In this document: piece after piece, positions 25,310-35,959 of the stretch
How the letters are laid out: the number at the start of each line of letters is the position of its first letter
How positions within the stretch are numbered: the first letter of the stretch is position 1
NCBI GenBank assembly: GCA_024679065.1
Contig: JAGIQG010000002.1
Coordinates: 116,622,001-116,686,000 of the forward strand
Length of the DNA stretch: 64,000 nucleotides
Source: Sphyrna mokarran
Taxonomy: Eukaryota
Direction: 5' to 3'
Position numbers and translations under genes: made by a program
The notes under the pieces: model-generated
Told to the model about the DNA's origin: nothing
Databases searched by the model: none
Seen by the model: only the letters and a program-made list of their open reading frames with translations

Positions 25310-25542
25310 GATGTAGAGATGCCAGCATTGGACTGGAGTCAGCATAGTAAAAAATCTCACAACACCAGATTAAAGTACAACAGGTTTATTTGGTAGCATG
25401 AGTTTTCAGAACACTGCTCCTTCATCAGGTGAGCAATGAATAAAATAATTCACTCACTTAATGAAGGAGCAGCACTCCAAAAGCTCATGCTACTAAATAA
25501 GCCTATTGGACTTTAACCTCGTATTGTAAGACTTTTTACTGT
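25310..25542. mobile_element. Family A foldback element with two divergently oriented hammerhead motifs
   Basis: Tail gatgtagagatgccagcattggactggagtc plus ~90-bp inverted arms. Hammerhead motifs at 25398-25431 (-) and 25455-25489 (+). Homologous to 30399-30530. Confidence 0.85.
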
Positions 25543-27317
25543 ACATATTACATACACAACATACATACACTATAAATTACATCCAAGAAAGAGGTTGAAG
25601 ACTGCCCCAGGAGTTGTCAGGTGCTGTTTAAAAACAAAACCCAGTGCTGTCTGACTTTGGCCCAAAGTTAGAACAAAAGAATGCTCTCCAGGCCTGCCAC
25701 TCACATTCCCTCATGCCTACATGCTTCCCTGGTCTCTCATGCTCTCTATGCCAAACTGCCCCATGGTCCCTCATGTCCTTCATGCAAAGCTATGGCACTT
25801 CACATCCAATGACCCATGATAGAACCAAATAACTCCATAACGGAAAAAAAACTTTCAAAAAAGGTATTAATTCATTACTTACACTGCATAAAGTATTTTC
25901 ACTACAGCCCTATAAAAGTGTCAATCATCTTGGCCCCTTTAAAGTATCAATAATAGAAACTGAGAGCACTTGGAACCTCAGCCTTCTGTAAATAAACATT
26001 ATGCAATTGACAGCATGGATCAGAGTGCCTAAGCAGTGAAGACATTTTTTCCATCAAGTGTTTGATTACAATAATGGCTATCTGGACTCTCAGCTTGAAA
26101 CACATCATGAGGCTTGACTGAAAATCCAGAAATCCATTACTCTGATAAAATACCTAAGCCTCAGGAAACATTGCTTGATTGCTCTTTTTAGCATGTTGAA
26201 GAGCTATAAAATATTCTCTTACACGTTCTAATATCGCTAAAGGGTTCATTGGCCCTCTTTACACTATATAGAAACCAATGTGCATGGATGTAACATATAG
26301 TTAGGCTTTGGGACATGAGGGGCCCTGGGTGTGGGTGAATGGGTATAGCTTGGCATGGATTGGATGGAGGATCATGGATTGATATCGAAAATATGAAGAA
26401 CCAAGGGGTGGGTGGAGAGCCATAATCTGTCATGAAGAGGCACTTGGGGAGGGCCATAGCTTAGTATATTAAGTGTAGCAAGCTGGGGTACAAATGAGGG
26501 ACATAATTGAGAAAGTTCTTCTGAACTCAACCTTTTAAAAGGTCCCCTCACATAGACTATCATTTATGACTCCTCCGGGACATTGTCAATTGTGACTCTC
26601 TAAAAACTTGGTCCACTTCCATGAGAATTGTGGATGAGTGTGACCTCATTTTCTACAAAATGGTACCAGCCAGATCAGGTGTCAGATGCAGGCTTACGAT
26701 CAGAATCAGCCCAAAGAGGCAGTCCTGAAAATCAGACAGTCTGGGCGTGGGGAAAAGAATACTGAATTCACACCCACACACCATTTTTAAAAAGTTCCTA
26801 AGTCATCCCAACTGGGTGAAATTCCAGACCATACATTGAAACTGTCCAAAGTTGAGAAATAGAATTAAATTCTAGATGTAATTGACAAAGGGCATTTTTT
26901 AACTTTTAAAGTGTTTGATCCTGGCCTTTTATAAAATTATCTTCATGTTTGTTCTTGTGACTTCTAGAAAACTTGGCTTGGACTAAATTAAATGAAATGA
27001 CCCGCGGCTATGACTGCTTGCGAGCCCAGACAGACTTGAGTGCTTTCCACCAGCTTTTACCTTGAAAGCTTTTCGGTCTTCTGTTCCTGTCCAGTTTATT
27101 TATCTTTTTGCTGAAAGCATTGTAAATGATCTCCATATTTTTATTTTTATGCTATTAGGAGGAAGATGAAGAAAATGGAAGGGAAAAAAATTCAGTGTAA
27201 TCTTTAAAATTATACAATTTGCAATGAGTAAAATTTTTTGGTGAGATTAAAGTGACCATCCTGGCGGACACTAAAAAAAATAGCCATGCAGGCAAAAGTA
27301 TGACATATTCTAGAAAT

Positions 27318-27540
27318 CAGCAGCAAAAACAGAAAATGCTACAAACTTGTAGCAGATTAATCAGTGTCTGTGAAGTGATTAGGAGCCAGTGTTTATGTAA
27401 AAGCAAAATGCTGCAGATGTTGGAATCTGAAACAATCTCAGCAGGTCTGATAGCATCTGTGGAGAGAGAAATGTCAACATTTTAAATCTGGATAATCCTT
27501 CATCAGAGACAATATTTTGAGCCTGGACTCTTAACAACCG
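27318..27540 (-). mobile_element. Nested family B single-arm fragments
   Basis: 27398-27508 has tail + arm + - strand CTGATGA-A-GGATT(atcca)GATTT-AAAA, inside an older related arm starting near 27318. Confidence 0.6.
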
Positions 27541-28502
27541 GATATAGTGAGAGATAAGTTAATATTTTAATAGGATTTAATTAAGTGGGAACAAAAGACA
27601 AATTTCATTGGCATGCTTATTAAATGATGTATCAGATCATCTCTGTCAAGTAATGGAAGAAACATTGTCGACATTAAGAATGTAAAGAAGCAAATGTTAC
27701 GTGGATGAATGAGAGACAGTTCAACATTCACTGTCAAATTGATAAAGCATTTAAATTGGTCTGTGCCACCAGTGCAAGCTGATACTTCAGGTAACGTATA
27801 CAGAATGAAGATCCAATTAGAATCTGTTTTAAAGAGGATCCTGCCAGTTTGGGATAGCTGTTCTTGCTGCAGGTAAGTCCCTGGCTCCGTTTTACCTGCT
27901 GTTCATGCCTAGTTTTCATTGGATGTGCAGATTAAAATTCTGCCAAATAATTGTCTTACTTGAAGTGAATATGGAAAGAACAGGGAAGATGGTTTTAAGG
28001 AGGCATTGAATAAAACAGGAGAAGAATCAATGAGAATCTTTGGATTCCAGGTTATCTACATGTAATGGGAAATTTTAATTGAAGAGACCAAGACTTTCTG
28101 AAGCTTGATGCGGTCAGGAGCTACAGTTGATTGTTGAGTCAGTCGCGCACTAGATATAGTAAGATTGCAGCCCATCTGTTTGAGTGATCAAAGGTAGAAC
28201 CAGACTAGTGGGAATGACAGGAACTTGTGCAGGGTTTTGATGCGGGCACAGATATCGAAAAATGAGGTATTGGTTAACCAAATGAACACGTGCAGAAATA
28301 TCACAGTTAATGAAGGACTAAGTCTAGCAGTCAGAAGTTGAGAATGCCATTAGAATTGAATTCTGGTAAGTTGTTTCTAGACAATGGCAGGTGTTTAACA
28401 ACACACAAAATTGGAGAGTTAATTTGAGAAGGAAAGGATTTGAGGATGCAGTAAGGTGGTGAATTTCGAGGAGAGAGCACAAGTAAGCTGAGAAAGGAAT
28501 GA

Positions 28503-28713
28503 GGGCCAGAATTTTACCAGCCTTTTGGAAATGGGCTGGAAGACAGGAAGGCAGACGAAATGGCCCAGAAATTGTATGGGTACAACTTGCCCTCCTCGAT
28601 TAGACAGCATCTCTGAATTAACAGGGAATATGCCTCCCGGGGTCTCATCGCCAGCCTAAGCAGGGGTTATATCCCACTTACCAGGACTTCTGCATCCCTA
28701 TAAAATTCACCCC
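28503..28713. mobile_element. Short TIR element of the GGG...AATTTT family
   Basis: gggccagaattttaccag ... ctataaaattcacccc. Confidence 0.45.
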
Positions 28714-29541
28714 AAGCTATGCCAAGGTCAAAAGAAGAAGGAAAGGAGGAGCTTGAGCAGATGACAGATAATGAGCTTAGCGAAGACAGGAGGTTGGAGT
28801 AAGGCAAGATAAGTTACTGGAATGAATTCTGATTCAGTGAGAAAGGCCATTCCTTGAGTTCGATGGCTGCTGGAAAGTGAAGCCAGGCAGGGACGATTTG
28901 ACAAACCGTAAGATCTGTAACTTCTGTCTGGAGTAAACTAAAATAATGTGATTGCTGTTTTTGTTTTGCATTTCCTGCATCTGTACTATTTTGCTTTTGT
29001 ACACAGTTCTCCTGATGTCTAACAACTTCAGAAACACTGAAGAAATTTCACTGTCAGCATTGGTAAGATAACATTTGGATTACTGTGTATAATATTGGTC
29101 TCCTTATTTCAGGAAGGATGTAAAAACATTGGCAGCAGTTTGGAGAAGATTTACTGGACTATTACCTGGAAGAGGTAATTTGCCTTATGAAAAAGATTGG
29201 ACAGATTAAACTTGTATCTGCTGAAGTTTGAAACAGAAAGGTGACTTGACTGAAACACAAAATCCTGAAGGGTTTTGGACAGGGTGGATATGGAGAGGTT
29301 GTTTCTTCTTGTGGTGGAATCTACAACAAGGGGTCACTGTTTAAAAATAAGTAGTCGCTCATTTAAGACAGAGAAGAGAATTTTCTTCACTCAGTAGATT
29401 GTGTATGTTTGGGACACTCTCAAAATGTGATGGAAGGCAGATCTGATAGATTCTTCATAATCAAGGAGATGAAAGGTTATGGGGGGTATGTGGGAATGTG
29501 GAGTTCAGGTCACTATCAGGTTGGTCGTGATTTTATTGTAT

Positions 29542-29972
29542 GAGGAGGCAGTGGCAAAGTGGTTTTGTCACTGGACTACTAATCCAGAGATGAAGAGGAT
29601 AGCCTCGAAAGCTTGTGAGTTTACTATCAAATAAATCGGTTGAACTTAAACCTGGTGTTGTCAGACTTCTTACTGTACTAATCCAGAGATCCCGGCACTG
29701 CTCTGAGGACCCAGGTTCAAATCCCACCGCAGCAGATGGTGAAATTTGCATTAGATAGAAATTGGAATTAAAGTCTAACGATGACTATGATACAATTGTC
29801 GCAAAACGCAGTTGGTTCACTATGTCCTTTATGAAAGGAAATCTGTCATTGTTACCTGGTCTGACCTACATATGACTCCAGAGCCACAGCAAGGGGCTCT
29901 TAAATGCCCACAGGGATGAGCAATAAATGTTGCCCAACAGTGACATCCACATCCCATGAATGAATTTAAAAA
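29542..29972 (+). mobile_element. tRNA-derived SINE with L2-like LINE tail (related - strand copies at 57813-58155 and 60387-60628)
   Basis: A box tggcaaagtgg, B box ggttcaaatcc, core ggttcactatgtcctttatgaaaggaaatctg, tail gatgagcaataaatg..catcccatgaatgaat. Sits inside a CR1 3' fragment (29070-30030). Confidence 0.8.
29592..29675 (+). mobile_element. Family A single-arm pLTR fragment inserted in a SINE
   Basis: 15-bp TSD tactaatccagagat (29577-29591 / 29676-29690). Contains GA-A-GAGG(atag)CCTC-GAAA-GC-TT-GTG. Confidence 0.8.
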
Positions 29973-30492
29973 ATTAATGGCAGAGCAGACTCGAGGTGGC
30001 CAAATGACCTATTCCTGCTCCTAATTCTTATCACGTGTGTTAGTATGACAGGATTAAGTAGCCCACCATATTGATAGCTGTCCACCATCTTAAATATTTA
30101 AACTCAAATGGATCAGACCAGAGACACCTGCAGTGACAACAGGAGTGTAAGAGTGAGAGAGAGAAAGAGAGCAAGGTGAGCCAACAAAGCTGATGGGTGT
30201 ATTTCCAAAATGGAGTGATGTCTGAGGATAACAGGTAGGTGATTTGTTGCTGTGTATTATGTTTCATTTTGGCACTAGAACCAGAAAACTAGATGCACTG
30301 TTTTAAATTTATCACCTAACAAGTAAAACTAATTAATACAATGTTCTCAGTGCTCTCACACAATGTGTCCACAAGATGGTGCTTTGGCTGTGTGAACTGA
30401 TGTGGAGATGCCAGCATTGCACTGGGGTAAACACAGTAAGAAGTTTCACCACACCAGGTTCAAGTCCAACAGGTTTATTTGGTAGCAAACAC

Positions 30493-30527
30493 CACTAGCT
30501 TTCGGAGAGCTGCTCCTTCGTCAGATG
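30493..30527 (-). ncRNA. Minimal type I hammerhead ribozyme motif in the Penelope pLTR (core intact)
   Basis: - strand CAT-CTGACGA-A-GGAG(cagct)CTCC-GAAA-GC-TA-GTG: CUGANGA box, stem II, GAAA box, palindromic AGCU mini stem III, UH cleavage site and stem I. Confidence 0.75.
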
Positions 30528-33304
30528 ACTGGGGAGTTCTGATCACAAACTGGGCATATAAAGGCACACACAGTTTACAGAATAATGAGAAAGTGAGTCT
30601 TTACAGCTAGTCAAGTCTTAAAGGTGCAGACAATGTGAGTGGAGATAGCATTAAGCATAGGTTAAAGAGATGTGTATTGTCTCCAGACAGGACAGTAAGT
30701 GAGATGTTACAAGCCCAGGCAAGTCATGGGGGTTACAAATAGTGTGACATGAACCCAAAATCCCAGTTTGAGGCCATCCTTGTATGCGGAACTTGCCAAT
30801 CATCTCTGCTCAGCGACTCTGCGCTGTTGTGAACCGTGAAGGCCACCTCGCAGAATGTTTACCCGAAGCTCAAAGAGTCCGAATGCCCGTGACCACTGAA
30901 GTGTTTGCCAACAGGAAGAGAACAATCTTGCCTGGTGATTGTCAAGCGGTGTTCATTCTTCCATTGTTGTAGTGTCTGCATGGTCTCCCCAATGTACCAA
31001 TGCTTGGGACATCCTTTCCTGCAGCGTATCAGGTAGACAATATTGGCTAAGTTGCAAGAGTACCTACCATGTACCTGATGAATGGTATTCTCACATGAGA
31101 GGATCGCATCAGTGTCAATAATTCCACAAACCCCAAGAGACCAATAGCGAACACAATGAGACAGCCAATGAACTGGAACAGCTGACAGAGAGATTCGCAG
31201 TGCAGCAACCAAAGAGAAAGAGTCCAATTGGACTCCTCCGGAAGGCCACTGACCTCAACTGGACATATACACCCAAGCCATCATGAGGTGCATCAAAGCA
31301 GATTCATCAACCGCACTCCTAGACAGCCCCAAACATCAGTCAAGCACAACATCATCATCAAAGCAGCAAAGGAGGGGCCATCGTCATACTGAACAGTTCA
31401 GATTACTGCAAAGTAGTGTACCGACAACTGAACAATGAGGAACACTACAGACAGTTAACTGCAGATCTGACTAAAGAACACACCCTTCAACTCAACATTA
31501 TGATCAAGACATTTGATCCAACCTTCAGAGCACCATCTGTGCTCTCATCCCATGTATCCCCGTGTTGGAGATCTCTACTGCCTCACAAGGCAAACACACC
31601 CGGCCGTCCCATTGTATCGGGCAATCCTGTGTGAGAACCTCTCCCACAACGTCGAGTGCATCCTGAAACCCATTGAACAAAAAACTCCCAGCTTTTGCCA
31701 TGACACTACAGACTTCCTACAGAAACTCAGCACACATGGAGAGGTTGAACCAGGAGTGCTCCTCGTCACAATGGATGTCTCGGCACTCTACACCAGCATC
31801 CCCCACGATGATGGCAACTGCCTCAGTGCTCAATGCCAATAACTGCCAGTTTCCAGATGCAATTTTATAACTCCTCTTCTTCATCTGGATCACAATGTCT
31901 TTATCTTCAACAACAAGTTCTTTATCTGGACACACGGGATAGCCATGGGGACCAAATTTGCACTTCAATATGCCAACATTTTCATGCACAGGCTCGAACA
32001 AGACTTCTTCACCACACAGGACCTTCAACTGATGCTATACTCTAGATACAGCAATGACATTTTCTTCCTTTGGACTTATGGTGAACAATCATTGAAACAA
32101 ATATATGGTGACATCAACAAGTTCCATCCCACCATCAGACTCACTATGGACTACTCTCTGGAATTGGTTGCATTCTTGGACAGACGCATTTCCATTAAGG
32201 ATGGTTACCTCAGCACCTCACTGTACCGCAAGCCCATGGATAACCTCATGATGCTCCGCTTCTCCAGCTTTCACCCAAGCACGTTAAAGAAGCCATCCCC
32301 CACGGACAAGCCCTCGGTATACACAGGATCTGCTCAGATGAGGAGGATCACAACAGACACCTCCAGACGCTGAAAGATATCCTCATAAGAACAGGATATG
32401 GTGCTCAACTCATCGATCGACAGTTCTGACACACCACAGCGAAAAACTGCACTAACCTCAGAAGACAAACATAGGACACAGTGGACAGAGCATTTTTTGT
32501 CATCCAGTAATTTCCTACACAGAAAAGCTATAACATTTTCTCCAGAGCCTTCAACATGTCATTGATAAAGATGAACATCTCGCCAACGCCATCCCCACAC
32601 CCCCACTTCTTGCCTTCAAACAACCGCACAACCTCAAACAGACCATTGTCCACAGCAAATCACCCAGCCTCAGGCAAACAGTGATCACGATACTACACAA
32701 CCCTGCCACAGCATCCTCTGCAAAACATGCCAGATCATCGACACAGACACGTGAGAACACCATCTACCAGGTACATGGTAGTATGCTTGCAACTCGGCCA
32801 ACATTGTCTACCTGATACACTGCAGGAAAGGATGTCCTGAGACATGGTACATTGGGGAGACCATGCAGACACGATGACAATAAATGAATGAATACCACTC
32901 AATAATCATCAGACAAGAGTGTTCTCTTCCTGTTGGGGAACACTTCAGCAATCACCGGGCATTTGGCCTCTGATCTTCGGGCAAGCATTCTTCAAGGCAG
33001 CCTTCACGACACACGACAATGCAGAGTCGCTAAGCAGAGACTGATAGCCAAGTTCCATACTTGTGAAGACACCCTCAACCGGGATCTTGGCTTCATGTCG
33101 CACTATCTATAACCCCCCACATCTTGCCTGGGTTTGTAAAATCTCACTAACTGTCCCAGCTGGAGACAATACACATCTCTTTAACCTCTCTCTCTACTCA
33201 CATTGTCTGTACCTTTAAGACCTGATTACCCGTAAAGACTCGCATTCCAACCATTATTTTGTAAATTGAGTTTATATGCCCTGTTTGTGAATAGAACTCC
33301 CACT

Positions 33305-33338
33305 CACCTGATGAAGGGAAGTACTCCAAAAGCTAGTG
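33305..33338 (+). ncRNA. Decayed hammerhead motif in the 3' pLTR
   Basis: CAC-CTGATGA-A-GGGaagtaCTCC-AAAA-GC-TA-GTG; the GAAA box has become AAAA, consistent with CpG decay. Confidence 0.6.
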
Positions 33339-33434
33339 GCTTTTGCTACTAAATAAACCTGTTGGACTTTAACCTAGTGTTGTGAGATTTCTTACAAGAG
33401 GCAGCAGTGCTAACCACTATGCCACTGTACTGCA

Positions 33435-34790
33435 CATTTTCATCACCACCAAAGTTAAATTGACTGGTTTGCTATAGAAAATTGTCCTGAATACACTCCA
33501 GAAATCTTTCCCTCCTCTGTTCTTTACACTACTATTATGCCAGTCTATATTCAGATAATTAGAAACTCCCATTGTAACAACTCTTATTCATGCATCTCTC
33601 TGTAATTTCCTAGCAAGTTTGTTTCTTTACATCTTTCCCACCAGTTGGTGGCCTATAGACTATACTGTGCAATTTAATTGCATGCTTTTGTTCCTTAGCT
33701 TTAGCCAAATTAGCTCTGCCCTTGACCTCTCCGGAACATCTCCTTCCTCCAACATTGTTATGTTCTTAGCCAATATTGACACTCCTTCCCCCTTTCATTC
33801 CTTTTCTATCTTTCTTGAAAACCTTGTGTCCAGAATATATAATACCAGTCCAACCCTTCTTTAAGCTAAACACAAAATGCTGTAGATGCTGAAATCTGAA
33901 ACAAAAACAGAAAAATGCTGGAAAATCTCAGCAGGTCGGATAGCATCTGTGGAGAGTGAGTAGAGGCAACGTCATCTAGCCTTGAAACATTGGCTCTACT
34001 CTCTCTCCACAGATGCTGTCAGACTTGCTGAAATTTTCCATCATTTTTCTGTTTTTGTTCCTTCTTTAAGCTAGGTGCCCTGATAACCACAACCACATAT
34101 TTCCACATAGCCATCAGAGATTGCAACTCACCAATCTTATTTATCACTCTCTGCATGTTCATGTACACAGTAACCTGAGGTTAGAATGAATTATTTTCTC
34201 CCTTATTCCGAACCTATCTAATAATTTAATATTTCCTATGCTAGTGCCATTTGTCTCTTCCAGTAGTTTGTGCATTATGGTAATCCATAGTCTCATAATT
34301 CATTCTGCCTCCACATCTCTGACAAATTAGTTTAAACTCTTCCTGCAAATTGCCTTGCTAAGATTTTAGTCCCACTCTGTTCAGATGCAGCCCATCAGAT
34401 TTGTACAAATCCCAATGCCCTCAGAGATCCTCAGAGTCTAAAGGCCTACTGCCTGTACCATCTTTCCAACCCATACATTCATTTGCTTTATACTTCTATT
34501 CCTATACTCATTCACGCATGGTACTGGGAGTAATTTAAGATTACCACTTTTGAAATCCTGCTTGCTAATTTCCTACCTAGCTTCCGAGGTTCTGACTGCA
34601 AGATCACATCTCTTTCTATCCATGTCATTAATACCAGTGTGGACCAAGAAAGCAGCTGTTCAGCACCATCAAGCTCCCTCCTCCTTAGTGTTCTGCTAGA
34701 ACATCCTTGACTCTGACACCAGGGAGTCAATATTACCATCCTAAATTCATATCTGCTGCTATAGAAATGCCTATTTATTATTATTACTCT
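33435..34790 (-). mobile_element. Old CR1 5' region (ORF1 esterase-like / endonuclease remnants)
   Basis: VILQSEPRKLGRKLASRISKVVI resembles the CR1 ORF1 SGNH domain; heavily degenerate. Confidence 0.65.
33869..34059. mobile_element. Family B foldback mini-element
   Basis: Perfect 14-bp TSD ccttctttaagcta (33855-33868 / 34060-34073); ~31-nt tail and ~73-bp inverted arms; inserted in a CR1 fragment. Confidence 0.85.
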
Positions 34791-35230
34791 CCCATCTCCT
34801 TCAAGTCATACTGGCATATGTGTCTATTGATGATGGCACTGTTTTAAAAAAAAGTTGCTAAACACCATTCAATACATTTAAATTCCTTCAACTAATCTCT
34901 CATGAAACAGACATTACTATTCAATAACCACTTGCAGCTGTCAATCAAACTGCTCACTTAACAGGCAACCCACTGTTAGATTGTAAAGTCAGTCATGCAG
35001 CATCAATCCTATAAAAAAAAGATCTCGGCATATATTATCAGATAGTATGAAACAAAGGATTTTTTTTAAATTTCATACTTTTTATCAAATATAATGTCCA
35101 TCAGAGTTAAATCACTTGACTATTCCAATGAACTTTGATAGTGCCAATGAGTTTTGATAAGTTTTTGACAGTCAGATAGTTATTTGATAGCTTGGATGAT
35201 TGTTTTATTGCTTAACAGGTCTTTTACCAT

Positions 35231-35402
35231 CTGGACAGTTCCTTGACTGCTTGGACAATTCTATAACTGCTTGGACAATTCTATAACTGCTTGGACAATT
35301 CTTTGACAGCTGAGACAATTCTTTGACAGCTGAGACAATTCTTTGATAACTTGGATAGTTCATTGATAACTTGGATAGTTCATTGATAACTTGGGTAGTT
35401 CC
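35231..35402. repeat. 20-bp minisatellite, ~8.5 units
   Basis: Units such as ttggacaattctataactgc, tgagacaattctttgacagc and ttggatagttcattgataac at an exact 20-nt period. Confidence 0.9.
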
Positions 35403-35959
35403 AATGAGTTTAAGTATTTTTATATATAATCATGTCTACTTTTATGCTTACATCTCTCAAAGGGTATCTTACTTCAGAGTACCTTGCCATTCCTTGCCTC
35501 AGTTTCAAGTGTTTGGTGAATTTCACTACCTTGCTGTTTGAGGTATTGGTGAATTTCATTCCCTGTCTCAATTTCAGCTAAGAAGTACATTACATCTCCC
35601 AAAGAGTACTTTACCTATCCCAAAGATATCCCAGGATCATATCCAAAAGAACAGCTATCCAAATGAATCCATAAGATTCCTGCCTGCTCTTGTCTGATCT
35701 ACTCTGTGTACTTCGAGTTTCAGTGTGTTTGAGTGGAGATATCTCTTGATTTATGTGGGCAGCTGCCTCTGTTAACCACAGATGTGTAATTTATAACCTG
35801 TCCCTTCCCCATTTTAAAAATGGTGGAAACAGGATTCAGGGGGCAGGATTTCCAGATTTTGATCTCTGTCACAGTTTCAAGCAGAGCCTCTCCGTCCGTA
35901 CAAATATTCAGGCCTTAGTGTCTGTTTTCATAAGAAATAGGATGATGGATTCACTTTAA

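Larger units (their letters stand above)
30399..33395 (+). mobile_element. Penelope-like retroelement (degenerate RT + GIY-YIG) with inverted 3' duplicate/pLTR
   Basis: RT motifs PGRPIVSG, LVTMDVSALYTSIPH, MGTKFALQYANIFM, YSRYSNDIFFLW at ~31400-32370. GIY-YIG CNSANIVYLIHCRKGCPETWYIGET near 32785-32865. 30436-~31120 is an inverted copy of the 3' end (second GIY-YIG on the - strand), plus a ~37 nt one-sided tail at 30399-30435. Many frameshifts. Confidence 0.93.

Noticed and set aside
35231-35402. CRISPR-like array
   Set aside because: Contiguous tandem units with no unique spacers, in a eukaryotic context with no cas genes.
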